A DNA stretch of 64,000 bases from Takakia lepidozioides (GCA_030704615.1 CM060732.1:80290001-80354000); one strand, 5' to 3'; counted from the first letter of the stretch, positions 1 to 13,600 are shown. Numbers and translations are program-made. Notes: generated from the letters alone by a model not told the origin.

Positions 1-1200
1 ACCAAAAGCTGTGTCACTGTTAACGGACAGAAGTCCAACTTCTTTGACATAGACCAAGGTGTAGCTCAAGGATGTACTCTCTCCCCTCTGCTCTTCAATG
101 TTTTCATCAATCAACTCCTCGAGGATGAAAGTGAGGGATTTGGGTTAAGGGTGGGTGATACCACCATACCAGCCCTTATGTTTGCGGATGAGAGATGAGG
201 TTTGCTTTGTCATTAGACCTGCCTTGGAGTACGGATCTGCTATATGGGTTGATAACTCCAACCAGGCTAAGTCTCTAGAATCCATTCAAGTGGGGGTGCT
301 TAAGGAGTGTATGTCAGCATGCTCCAAAACAGCCAATGTGGCTGTTCGGGGTGAGTTTGGCATTCCGTCCTTAAGCTCCCGACGAGATGAATTCAAGGTC
401 AGATGGTGGGGTCAGCTGCAACATATGCCCAACACCAGATATCCTAAGTTAATCGACTCTATATCTTGGAAACAGGACCGCCCCTGTCAAACAGGCTAAG
501 TCCTGGCAGAAGAGAGTAGAAGAGATCCTCAAGGACCTGGACCTGGATCCGCAAGTCTTGACCCTGCTGGATAAATCTGACTTAGAGGCTGTAGTGTCCT
601 CAGCCATGTCTGTTGCCATGAGATTGTCTGATGAAAATGAAGTTAGGCAGAAAACTTCCCTGAACTTGTTTCCAGTCTGTGACATGGGGGAGGACATCTT
701 GGATGACCTCAAGGGTCTACCCACTCTCGGCACTAGACTGAAATTTAAACTCAGGGCAGGAAGCCTACCTTTGAACAGCAAACAGAAGCAGAGAGGAAAG
801 GGAGAGTGCAATTGCCCGTTGTGTGGGCAATCTGAAGACAGTATTCATTTTCTGATACACTGTCCGGGGTTCTCTCACCAAAGAGACGCTCTCTTCAAAT
901 CTATTAAGGGAATTGTGCCTGTACCCCTGTTTACCAACTTTGAAAGTCTCGAGGCTGAGCCAAAAGCCCAGGCCCTCCTGAGGCCTAGTTTTTGGGCAAA
1001 TCACACACAGCAGATTGATGCTTGTGTGAAGGGATTTCTAGAGGATATCTGGAAAACCCGGATTAATTCTTTATATGGAGGTAAGTCTTACTACCAACGT
1101 CAGCCCCTGACAGAGGTAGGTTCTGTCCCTTTTGTTCCCGCTCAAACTGGGCGCGGGGTCAATGGCCACAAGGCTACGGCAAACAACGTCTTATGAGTAC
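1..1200 (+). mobile_element. Non-LTR retrotransposon (LINE) ORF2 3' fragment, degenerate
   Basis: Frame +1 from base 1 reads ...QGVAQGCTLSPLLFNVFI...LMFADE (RT motifs QGxxLSPxLF and FADD-like). It is followed by IRPALEYGSAIW and a C-terminal CCHC knuckle CPLC-x6-H-x4-C (ORF 558..1196). Broken by frameshifts and an internal deletion. Confidence 0.85.
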
Positions 1201-1330
1201 AATCTCTGGGACACCCTGCAGCGTGAGGACTGCCTGTGCCCCGCTTGCAGGTGGAACAACAAGAGGGAAATTGAAAGTGAAGAACATTTCTTCTTTCACT
1301 GTCCTTTCTACTATGAGATCCATGGGAGAT
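1201..1330 (+). mobile_element. Fragment of a second LINE family (CCHC zinc knuckle)
   Basis: Reads CLCPAC...IESEEHFFFHCPFY, a LINE ORF2 C-terminal CCHC motif that differs in sequence from the adjacent element. Confidence 0.55.
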
Positions 1331-1654
1331 ACTATATTTTCTATTCCAAGATAGCCAATAACTGGTACAGAGGTGTTCCATTATGCGGATCAGAAATGCT
1401 TAGCAACATATCTGCATGAAGCGTTCACTCGTAGACAATCTCTTGATCAATAGTTTTTTTCCAGCTGCTTGTGGAGAGACCCTGTTTCTTTCTTGTTTCA
1501 GCTTTCTCTTGTCCCATAAGCTCTTTTGAGCTTTCCACGCACGTTATAAAATATCACTTTATTTCATTTCTTCTTTCCTTCTCTCTCTGGTGGTTCTACC
1601 GCATTGTTCTGCTTGTGCCCTTTAGGCCTCTTAATCGACTCTACATCTTGGAAG

Positions 1655-2370
1655 CAGGATCGCCCTGTCAAACAGGCTAAGTCGTGGCAAAAGATGGTAG
1701 AAGAGATTTTCAAGGATCTGAATCTAAGTCCGCAAGTCTTGACCCTGCTGCTAATCTGACTTAGAGGCTGCAGTGTCCAAAGCCATGTCTGTTCCCAGGA
1801 AATTGTCTGATGAAAATGAAGTTAGGCAGAAAACTTCCCTGAACTTGTTTCCAGTCTGTGAGGCCATCATGGATGACCTCAAGGGTTTACCCACTCTGGG
1901 CACTAGACTGAAATTTAAACTCAGGGCAGGAAGCCTACCTTTGAACAGCAAACAGGTGCAGAGAGGAAAGGGGGATTGCAAATGCCCCTTGCGTGGGCAA
2001 CCTGACGACAATATCCACTTTCTGATTCATTGTCCTGGGTATAGACCAGAGAGACGCCCTCTTCAAATGCATCAAGGGGATTTGTTCCTGTACCTCTGTT
2101 TACCAACTTTGAAAATCTCGAGGCTGAGCCAAAAGCCCAGGCCCTTTTGGGGTCTAGTTATTGGGAAAATCACAGACAGCAGATTGATGCTTTGTGTAAA
2201 GGGATTTCTAGAGGATATTTGGAAAACTTGGATCCATTGTCTGTTCCAAGGTATGTCATACTACCGGCGTCTCCCCCTGACAAAGGAAGTTTCTGTCCCT
2301 TTGTGTTCCGCTCAAACTGGACGTCAGGTCAATGGCCACAAGGCTGCGGCAAACGTCTTATGAGTACATT
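1655..2370 (+). mobile_element. Second 5'-truncated copy of the LINE at 1-1200
   Basis: Colinear, highly similar to ~474-1200 (for example gaaaatgaagttaggcagaaaacttccctgaac). Same 3' end ggtcaatggccacaaggct...gtcttatgagtaca. Frameshifted. Confidence 0.85.
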
Positions 2371-2612
2371 CTCTTCCTCTCATTCCACCTAAAGTGGGTG
2401 TGGGGTCTATGGCACTAGGCTATGGCAAACACCATCTTATGAGTACATTCTCTCTCGCTCTCAGGGAGCAGTTAAACCTTCCTCATGTGAAGCCGGGAGC
2501 ATACACTTCAGCACTTGCAATTGTGCAGGACAAAAACCCACTTCAATTTGCAAGCTTTGAGTTGTTTAGGTATTGGACAAACTGTGGAGACACAACATTA
2601 TTGAGGTCATAC

Positions 2613-5600
2613 TCATAAATATATATGCCCATAGAGATACGTACGAACAACCATACCGTAATACCTTGATACCTGGTATGCAATTAATTTAAAACTTCTT
2701 ACCTGAGCAAGCTGCCAAAGGCTGATCGGAACAGCCATGGTGCGTGCATTCTGCAGTCTAGCAAGCAGACCCAGGTGCTTGAGCCATGAGGGTCGATACT
2801 GTAACTTGCAGCACCCGCTCAGCAGAAGAGAATGGAGGTTTTGGAGAGACCCGATGGACGAAGGCAGCGCCTGGAGTGAGCAACATCCCCGCAAATCGAG
2901 TACATAGAGCGACTGCAGTCCACCAATACGGCAAGGAAGAGCCTGTAGTTTTGCACACCCATTGAGTTCCAAGAGCTCAAGATTTGAAAGTGAACAGATA
3001 GAAGAGGGTAGCCGTGACAGAGAGAGGCAGCCAGAGAGCCGTAAGCGTCTCAGGCATTTCAGCCCACCAATAGTGCATGGCAAGGATGTCAGACTCAAGC
3101 AGAAAGACAGATCCAGGAGTTCCAGGGACTGCAACAAAGAGAGGGACTTGGGTAGGACCTGAAGGTGAGAACAGCCCCGCAAATCCAAAATGACAAGGTG
3201 TGCCAATCCCCTCAGTGCTCTGTCAGAAATTTTCCTGAGTTTCAGGTTATCACTGAAGAGGGCTACTTTCAGTTTCGGGAAGTCCAAAGAACTAGGGAGC
3301 TGGGTCAGACCATTTCTCTTCAGAGAAAGCTTGGTGGCTGTGCTGGCCACTGGAATGCACATCCAATTTGCCGGAAAGTGCTCCAGATTCGATGCAGGTT
3401 GGAAAAGCCGGCAATTTTGCCGACCAATTGGAGCCAAGATCACTCCCTTGTCTTTGCCTTGGGTTATGATGTCGTTTGTATCTGCCAGGGAAAGTGCCAC
3501 ATTTCTGAGGGTGAAAATATGGGACTATGTATGATTAGTTTTTGATAAAAGGAAGGCAAAAAATTTGGCCATGGTGGGCAGGCTGCTGTCTCTGTAGCTA
3601 ATTAAAAGCACCAACAGAAGGTGGTGACATTCTCTCCTTAGTCACCGAAGTACACAGAAAGCCAACAACCTGGAGAAGGACAAGGCTGAAATCAATTGCC
3701 ATCAGAGCCCTACCCCCATGAACCATTGTGCAAAATCGATGGTTACCTTGTGGAGGACCCATTTCAGCTCCTGTCATCCCTTCATTTGCTGATACCCCTC
3801 CTTCACTTTTGTGGTCCTGGAGTCCTCCTGAATCGCATGACATGACACCCTGGGAACTAGCTCTTGCCTCCCTCTCATCCATTCCACCACTGCTGTTGGT
3901 TGAAAGCAAAGTAGATTTCCCTTCTGGAACAAATTCCGTAGAAAGAACTTTTTGATCACCTGCTTCTGCTCTCTCCTCCTCAATTGTACCATTAATTTGC
4001 AAAATTACGTCTGCTGGACATTCAGTGTCTTCTGCACAGAGAGCTCTACTTTCTCTTTGGACAATTGCAGCTGCAAGCTCATGAAGGGAATCCGGAAGCT
4101 TCCAACAAAGACAAGAATTCCTCCGCGTTTCCAAAGGAGTTCTCTCTTCAACTCTCCATTCCAACATAGCCAACATAGCCAAAACACTTAAAATCACAAG
4201 GATTTCATCACCGCTCATGTGACATGTCCCGGCCCCCCAAATATCCTCTAGAGTCTGGGTGCTGACAAACTCTCCTTTCGGAAAGGCTGCAAGGTCTAGA
4301 AAGCACTCCTGGAAAAGAGGATGCAAAGCTGCCAAGGCATCAAAGCAAGGAAAGAGGATAAAAGGGAAGCAGATCTTCACCCCAGTGAGACTATTGCAAC
4401 TGATGCCATCTTCTCTTGCAACAATTTGTTCCGCAAATTTTGGAAAGCTGGTTGCCTCTGCTATTGACCCTCCTTTCTCCCTCAACTCTCTTCCTTCATC
4501 CAACAGAATATTCTGTTCTTTCCACTCTTTCTTTCCTGGGACGGTGGGAGAAGTGTTTTCACTCCACCCCCTAGTGTTGAGTGACCAAGGCCCTGAGTGT
4601 AGGAGATTTCTCACCTTCTGCCACCTCCGAACATCTGTTTCCTTGTACAAACTACTGCCTATAACTTGTACCGCGAGGGGATTCCCCTCACACATTTTTG
4701 TGATCTCAACGGCTATGGCAGCCACCTTGGGACAAAGGGGATCCAACCCAGCCACAGAATAAAAGAGTGCAAGCGCATTCTGCTCCTCAAGACCAACTAA
4801 AGTGTAAACCTGTGTGTCCTCGAGGCTTGACAAAACCTCCCTCATTTGCGAAGTAACCAGAACCAGCCCACATGTTTTATTACTAAAGCAGGCAAACGCT
4901 TTCACATGCTCTTGATCCCATACATCATCCAGCACTACAAGCTTAGGGGAGCCTTCTGAACGTCTTTTTCTCAATGTGGTCACCCCATCTTCCACAGACA
5001 TGAAGGAAATTTTTGAGCCAGTTGCAGCTTTCCACAGTTGATTCTGCAAAGAAAGTATGTCTGGCATGCGGCCAACAGAGATCCAGTGAACTCCACCAAG
5101 AAAATGCTCACAGATCCCCTCATCATTAGTCAGCATAGCTGCTAGAGAGGTCTTTCCAATCCCGACAATCCCATGTATGCTTATCATAAGTGGGCCATGC
5201 TGGCCAAGTAACAAGTGCTTTAACTCCCCCATCTTCTGCTCAAAAGACGCATCTGTGAATACCTTAATTCTCCCATTTTCCTTTCCCTCCAGCAAGGTAC
5301 CCCTGCTCATTAGTCTCGAGCTGCTCTCTCCCCCATGTTCTAAAACAGATTGAACTTCAGATGTTCGATCTGAGCTTGCTGGCTTCAGAGAGTGAAAGAC
5401 ATCTAACTTCCCACTTTTCAAATGCTCCTGCATGCCAATTTTGGTGAGAACAAGTCTGTGATTACATTAGAGGGAAAAACCTTACCATGCAATCTCATAG
5501 TTCACACGTTATCTCAAGATCCCCGCACCACTTCTTTAGTGAGTGTGGGACCAGGAGAGTTGAAAGCTTCTAGGGGCCCTGGGCAAGCCCTTTAACCTAC

Positions 5601-7256
5601 CAATCCAAGTCAAAAGGTAGTGATTTAGAAAAGCACTATACACACCGGTAACAAGTTAACTATAGGCTAGACTCTTCACAAATGTGCAGGAGTTTACCTG
5701 CCACTCTGATATGGGTTCATGAAAAAACTGGGAATAAAAGACTTTCGCCAGATTATCACCTCTCTCTCTCTATCTCTCTCTCTCTCCCCCTCCCTCTCAC
5801 ACACACACAATACACACGCATACACTCAAAGCTCTTTGGGATTTCCATGGACATAATGAAGTTCGTTCTTTTTGCCTCTCAGGAAGCGCTCCCACTTCCA
5901 GAAGCAATTCGGCCTATGTATTGTAGTTCTTTTTCCTGTTTGCTCATTGGGCTTCATGAGGACGCGACAATTTCCTCTCTTTCGTCTTTTCTTCCTCCCT
6001 ATCTTTCCAGAAGTTAATCTTCAAGTCTCTCCCTCTATCTCGCCTCACTTCCAATTTCCCGGCCAATTCAAATCTTCCTTCCAGAAACATTTCTGATCAG
6101 AAATTACCTTAGAGTCCCTCCTTTTTGAACAAGCGTTCGGTCCCCACTTTCCACTGCTACTTAACTCGTTGAAACCAAGACAGGAGCTCAAAACCTCTCT
6201 GAGGTTGGGCCTAGCAACGAAGGAAGGGAATGCCTCTGTGGACAGAAACACTCTTTCAAGAGACTCGGCCATGCTTGAGAACTGGGACTGGTGAACCTCT
6301 AGACGCGTTTGGAGAAATTCAAAAGTTTCGGTCGCAACCCGAAAGGCGTCCACCGAAAGGCTCTCCATCGTATCTTCTTCCGATTCCTCGGTCGCGCAGC
6401 ATACCGCGTCAGGAACCATGCTCGCTCTACAGCTGGACAACTGGGAAACCAACTTTTGGAAACAATCCATGAAAGACAGGATGTTGACAAGAAAGGCCTT
6501 GGTCTGTACCACTGGGAAAGGGAACCTTCGTCTGCATACGAGTGACTCAGGATAGCGTAATGAAGCATCTTCATTCAATCTGCATGGCGTAAGATCTTGT
6601 GAGACCCCACTGGTGTCTTCATGGCACTCTTGCGGAGAACTCTCTTGGGGGAACCGGTCTGAAGAGGTTGATGTAGTTGGCCTTTCCAAAAGTTGAGGAG
6701 CATTGCACCCTTCTTTTCCTTGTCTGGTAAGGTCTGTATAGTCGGCTAACACATTTGTCGAATTCCCATAGTGGCAGAGAGAGATATTTGTACCGCATGG
6801 AAATTCCAAAGAACCCAAAGAGCTCTTTGCGAGATAGTAACGGGGAGTCGATCTTACAGGTGCTCCCGAGCGACGAGGGCATGGGGACTCCTCCCTTTCC
6901 GACCTGATAATCCGAACAACGTCGAGTAAAAAATCCCTAACCTCTTCAGTGATTGCATAAAAGCCTCGCAACAGTTCGTGCTCCAGAAAAAAATTACGCC
7001 GTGGAATTGCTAGACAAACAGCGAGAGACCTATCAGACTCCGAGAAAGTCTTTGTGAGATCAGAAAGAAGGGAAATCGCACCAGGGAATCTGGACAAAAT
7101 GGCCGAATCCGAGAGGCTGGACAAGAGAGGCTGCAGGTTCTGAAGGAGGGCAAGCAGGGCTTCGCTATGTCGACTGTATTGAGGAGAGTCTTTAATACTG
7201 CGACAAAGAGTATGGATTGTGGCAACCAGACTCGTAAGTTCGCTTCTACCTTTCAT
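2613..7256 (-). CDS. NB-ARC-LRR (NLR) immune receptor-like gene with helical N-terminal domain; multi-exon, junctions partly unresolved
   Basis: ORF 3598..5433 has P-loop GIVGIGKT, kinase-2 LVVLDDVW, RNBS-B LVLVTSQ, GLPL-like CEGNPLA and RNBS-D CFLDLAAFP. ORF 2613..3500 has LxxLxxLxLxxCxxLxxLP LRRs. ORF 6045..7256 is a helical N-terminus. Plausible splice sites: donor after 6108 (AAG/GTAATT) and a phase-1 intron ~3746-3482. Confidence 0.85.
5760..5808. repeat. Compound (CT)n/(CA)n microsatellite
   Basis: ctctctctctctatctctctctctctc...cacacacaca, inside the presumed NLR intron. Confidence 0.8.
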
Positions 7257-9423
7257 GGCGCATCTGCTCTGCTGCTAAACCAGCTCGTGCATAACTTTCT
7301 AAGCACATGAATGCGAGAGAAATGAAATGAACTGAGAGAGAGACAGAGACAGAGACACAGAGAGAGAGGTTACAAAGGGGAATTTCTATGGTGCAGTGAG
7401 GATTTCTAGGGGTACATCCGTGGGTCCTCGATCGTCACCATCTTCCCCGAGACAACAAGCCCAAATGTAAGTAGAGACGAAATCAGCAGCGTCTCTCAAG
7501 AGATGGATCATGGCCCTCTCCTCCATCGCGGGCAGACGAAATGAACACACGCCGTTGCGGCCGCATTTCCTTACTTTTACTTTACTCTACTTTACCTTAA
7601 CATGAGTATTTTGTGCTGCCCAAAGTAATGACAAGATAACGTTATCTAACGGACGCAGATTCTCCGGTAAAGGACGCCTCTACGACCGACAGATCTGGCA
7701 GATAATACGGCGGCGCGAAGATGAATCGATGGCGGGTTGACGCGTGCCGGTATCTGAATGAGTGTCTAAGTCAATGCACGTCCAACAACAAGAAGCACTT
7801 GTGTCTCGACACGTAGCACGAGAACTAGGTGGCCGATGCCACGCGTCCCCGACATCCCTGGCGGAGCATGCACGGCGTGTAGTAGCTGTGGATAGCTATT
7901 CTTGTGTAGAGCCCCGCCTGAGGTTCAATTCCTGCGTCTCGCTCATTGGGCAGTTGGGTCTTGGGCCTATCGATTGCTTCGTTGGTCCATTTCTTTGGAC
8001 GTGCAAAAGATGCAGAGAACGGCTCAGGCCTGCTGTGAAGTAGAATATCTCCAAGGAGGTAACTCCTTTGTTAGGAAGGTCAACCGCAGCACCGTAAAGC
8101 ACTGCACTAAGAAAGGCTGCTTCCCCGGTTGTCAATGCTGAGAGTGGGGGCAAGTCAAAGCTTCTTACCCCTATAGGCATCTGTTCTGCTTTTTACCCCT
8201 ATGGACATGTGATCTGCTCACCGTGGGCACTTCTAAGCAGCGTTTTTTTTCTGAAATTTGGAGTAGCGCTACAGATGTGTCGCAGAATCTGATGTCATCC
8301 ATTGAACATCTAGAAGATAGAATCATCCAGCAATGCACATACTGTTACAAAAAATTCCATTTCATAATCAAGTCATCATTATTTAGGCCATCCTCTTCAA
8401 TGGACTACTCCATAATTTGTTTGGCGATTTCATACATGAAAATAGGGAATTTGTAACAGAATATTCCATTTTATTTTATGAGTTTAAAATTTGGTGAATT
8501 TTCACCAGCGAAAAAAAACTATACTTATACGAGGCACTTTACATGCTCAAGCTTCATATATTGCCGGCATGCGCTCTACCCACCGTTACTTAGTTTTTTC
8601 GCAAGAGTCTAGAGAAACTACGTTATGGAGATGGAAGTGCGGTCCATGAAGGTTGGAGCCTACATATCATATCATACATATGAGTGATGATTTATTTTAT
8701 TATATCTTATATATTCATTAAATCATTTTTTTGAAGCCCCATGAGAGGCCAATATATATATATATATATATAACTCTACTGTGACATCACCTTTTACTTT
8801 GCTGGATCTCAAGGACCTATCGGTCCAAACCGTCCCACACGAAGGAAGGATGGGCTTATTATGGAGCCTTAGCTACGGCTTGCATCATGTATAAACCAGT
8901 GTTGGCCGGTTATACAGAATCTTTTACACATTCCGTCGACGCTAAGGGTCATTCTGCCTAATATTTTGGGATGGACACACTCCATGGTTAATGTATAAGG
9001 ATAATTTTTTTTTATCTTAGTATATCCACCGTTATTTATTCTAAATTCTACAAAAAATTCTTCACATTTTGACGGTTATGAATAGGACGGTTAGAGGTGT
9101 CCTAAAATTGGTGAATATATATGCAATTGGCGGTTACATATATGGACTTGTATGTCTCAATGATTTTCGTTAAAAAAATCATTCCCCACATGACATCCAA
9201 TGAAGATGAGAACCCTTTAATAAAGATGAGTAATATAGGTAATTTTCTAATGCTCAGTACATGAGAGACTATTCACGACAAATAAATGCTACAGTAAGAA
9301 AGAAAAAAAGTGAAGTTGGCTAACATTTAACATAGCAATAAGATATACATACTGAGCGCACCTCTTGCAAAAGTTGCCAATAATGATGCATGTAGGCAAC
9401 CATGGCAATCAATCAAACTGCCT

Positions 9424-9526
9424 TGTATGTATATGTACCCTAACTGCTTTAGGGGTGTTCAAAATGCCTTACTAATCCGAGTATTTAGTGTAGTGCTAAC
9501 CTTAATATAGGGTACATATACATACA
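9424..9526. repeat. 103-bp element with perfect 19-bp inverted termini
   Basis: tgtatgtatatgtacccta (9424-9442) and tagggtacatatacataca (9508-9526). Confidence 0.6.
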
Positions 9527-10616
9527 TATTACTCACCTCCCAACCGTCGGTTATCTATTTGCTTCTGTTTTTTGTAAAAATACCCTGTATACGGTTACTA
9601 TAATACCCTACTAACCCTGGGTGGTATCGACTCACTAATCGGGGTAGAGTGTTATATTACACTTGTTGAAGTTTGATCGCTCATTCCCTATTGGAAGTGG
9701 TGGTCCAAGGATGTGGCTCACTGGAGAACTACATATATACATTTATATAACTTTTGTGCTCGTGTTTCACTAAACTTTCTTAGGTGCTTCACAATGGTAC
9801 TACACCGTCTATCAATAGTTCATCGACGAACCAATACCAAGCTTATTTCTAATCCTAATCCAAACCTGTATCTGTACCATATTGGTGAAGCGTACTTACT
9901 GATGTCAAACCGAAAGATTTCACTGAACCTACAGGTTTGATTATATTGTAATGTACAAATCTCAAGAGTTTCGGCCGGTCACCCACTCACCAGTTTTCAT
10001 TGCCCCTTTATGATGCTTCACTATGTCCCTCTCAGCTTGTAATCGGAAAAGTTACGCTTGCTTTGCCCAGAGTCCACATTTTTTAAGAAACCCCACCCTG
10101 TTACAGGATGGTCATTGGCTTGCGGACTGCTGCTATGTCCTACTTTCAGATACTAGAGTCTGAACCCTACAACACTCTGGAGGGGACTATGTCGTCCAGG
10201 TCAAGTCAACAAAGCAAAGATTTGCAGTGTGCAGCTCATGAGTACATCTGTCTCTCACACGCATCACACACCCACACATTTGTTGCAAGCTAGATTTAGC
10301 CAGAGCCTGCTCACATACAAACAATTTCCAAGGACATTTCCTCCTTACCTAAGATACCGGGGCTATAATTATTCATAGGAGCATTCTACAAAAGCCCCTG
10401 GTGTGAAAGAGCTCATTGCCGTTCATGCACATACTGGTAGGATGGCAACAGTGAATCTACTTGTTCACTTCAGGTATTTACTTCAAACTCCAGGCAAGTA
10501 TTATCCACTGCAAAAGAAAAGTATTGCGCATCTGTTCAGATAGTACTTGCAATTACTGCTCCCATTGGATGCACCAAGAAACAAAAGGGGAAGCTACCCA
10601 CTTCCTGGGCAAAGAA

Positions 10617-13600
10617 TCATGTCTGATATGGAATTCCTGGAACGGGGTGCACCGGATGACCCTTCTCATTGCGAGTCATGATTCGCCTTGCCATAGCCAC
10701 TTGCTTTCCCAAAGCAAACACAAACACCTTGCCAGTCCCACCAGCCCCTCGGGCTGTCCTTCCAACCCGCCGAACATACTCACTTGGATCCCGGGGAAAA
10801 TCAAAGAGAACCACATGCTCAACGTCGAAGGAGTCCAAACCACGTGAGGCTCTAATGAAACAAGTGTACACCAAGTGAGACAAAGCTATCTTTGACCGAG
10901 TATATGTTAATATTTATGACAAACACCAACCACAAGAGGAACATGCTAAGATGAATGTAAACTCGCCAGAACACTAATCGATGCTTTCAAAGAAAGAAAG
11001 AAAGACACAATTAGCAAACCAGGAAAATTAATACATTCACAGGGAGAACTTTAAAGCGCTTGGGCTTTAAGCAGGTAAAATTCACCATACTAATCAACAG
11101 ACGCTTGAGCTCAGACAATGTTTGTATGGGTACCTATCAGTACAGACAAGAAACAAGCTTGTTTTCAGTTGCGTCTCCATGAACTGTTGCATACTTTCAA
11201 GCCGAGCCTCCTGGGAAAGAGCAGCATGGTACGGAAGCACAGTAAGCTTGGTTCCTCTTCGGTCATGGCGGGCAAGGGCATTCTCTACCTTTCTGCATGT
11301 CTCGATCTGCAATCAAAACGCATGACATGAGGGTTATTTGGGAATCAGTATTCAGTTAATCCACAATAAGCGACCCTCCAACAGCCTTGATCTGCCCCCA
11401 CCTAATAGAATTCCTGAAGCCATGACCAAAACCATGGACAGGACCTTATTGCAGAAGATGATGGTCTTCGACACGGGTCTTTGATCCACCAGCTGCAAAA
11501 GCGACTCCCTCTTGCTGACAAAACCTGTCTCTGGTGTCTTTTCCTCCCCCTCCTCATTGCTGCAGTCTACCAAAATCTGTTCAATGCACAGTGTCAGAAA
11601 ATGTGGAAAGACTTTTGTAAGACAGTTAGCAATTCTGTAGATCTCTCCCCAAGATGCAGTGCAGCAGGCATTCCTGAAGCCAGATTTGTAACCATTACAC
11701 AAATAAGCTTCAGATATAGTAATCGGTTGCATTCTCCACTCCTCTTACCAATCTCTGCCGCCCCCCCTCCCTCTCTCCCTCCCCTTCTTTTTTCTCTTCC
11801 TCTAACTCTGCTATCTCAGAGCCAGGAGTGTGGCCTGCACACAAGTCTAATGAATACATTTCCAAGGCCTCTTTTACCCAAGCTCCCTGCTTTGCCTCCT
11901 TCACCGCCTTCCAGATTTTAAGGAATTGTGCCGCGAGAAGCTAGCTAATCAGGAAGCGTCAAGACAAAGTCTACCTCCTGCAGGCCAACGGCAGTGCGAT
12001 GCAGACTAGGCCCCATTAATGGAAGGCTGTCGGGGTATCTCTTAAGCAGGCTGTCATGAATGTCCACGGGAAGAGTTGCAGTGACATGCACATACTGGAC
12101 ATGATTGGATGCTGAGCGCTCTACCATTTGTAGCACCTCTGAGAATTCCTCATCGTCGAACAAAATGTCCACCTCATCCAATACCACACTGCCACACAAC
12201 CATGCACTTCCTTTGAGTCCCCCTTTTGTGTTCATGGAGAGAAAAGAGCACTTTTATCATCAACAACAGAAGCCTGACACCAAGGGGAACAGGAATCAGC
12301 TTTTGCAGCTCAACAGGACCCCAGGAATCTAACCAGGATATAGCTGCAAGCATGCGAAGATACTGTCAATCCAGATTAGGTGTGAATTTGTAGCTTTGTA
12401 AGAACAAATCTCAGCCTCTTGATACCAATCATGAAGTTTGAATCCACCAGGCTACTCCGACCAAAATTGGTAATAGCCCTCACGAATGGCACAAAGAATG
12501 TACTCACAAGACATTGTTTGCCATAAGCTTGTGGCCATAGAACCCGCAACCAGTTTCAGCAGAAAGATCAAGTAAGCTTTCTGGTCTCCATAGGTGCTCA
12601 ATCACACAAGGAAACTCACCACTTGAGATTGTCAAGCTGCAAAGTTCCAGCTTTCAGGTGTTGTAAAAAGCGGCCCGGTGTGGCCACCACAACATCAGCC
12701 CCTTGCTTCAGACTCTCCTCTTGAGTCTTCCATTTAAATCCACCTGTCAATATGATTGACCGAAATGGGGCTCCCCCTTTTGAAAAGGCCCTGCATACGT
12801 TGAGTAACTGTAACCAAGATAGAACCAATGTTTGAGTGGGTATGATGCTCATTGCAGGTATAAGTTCAGTCCAGATTAGATTAGCGCAACTTGATGTCGA
12901 CCACTGATTCAGGTGTATAAGGTGGAAAATTAGCCAAGCAGAGAAGTAGGTTGGAAAAAGATGTGAACCTGGACTGCTAGCTCACTGGTGGGAACCAAAA
13001 CAAGGATACGCTGCTTCTCCCTCAATGCATTCGCAGCCCCTTTCGCCTCCTCATCACGCAATCTTTGCACCAGTGGCGCCACGTATGCCAGCGTCTTACC
13101 TGATCCTGTTTGGTCTGCGATAATGCAGCTCTGCCCCTCTGATACTGGCTTGAATGCCATGGCCTACAGGATACATCCACACGGATCACAGTCAGTCAAA
13201 TATTTCCTGCCTTTGGATTTAAGTCCGAATCCATCTTTTCTCTATTTCCCTTCCGCCTTTTTCCTCCATGGAAAAAGGACATTGTTGAGAAGTTACAGTT
13301 ATCCATGCCAGTATACCAATAGTTTAGCCACTACAGTCTAGCATCTCTTCCTGCATCGTTATCCAACTTGTCTCTTCGTTGTGCCAGTCACCTCTCTAGC
13401 AAGATCAGTTATCCTCACCAGAGAAACCCTGAGGACAAAAATAGCCATCCCCTTTCCTAGGATCCTGCAATTTGTACGTTTTTTGCAAAAGGCAACTGTA
13501 AATGACATCATACTGTAAGAAAGAAACAGACTCGGCAGAATTCCCACCTGAATTGCTGATGGTCGTGATACTTGGAGTGCTGCCAGTGCCTGAATGACCT

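Noticed and set aside
7762-8180. Short overlapping ORFs upstream of the NLR, one faintly LRR-like
   Set aside because: No convincing motif or splice structure.
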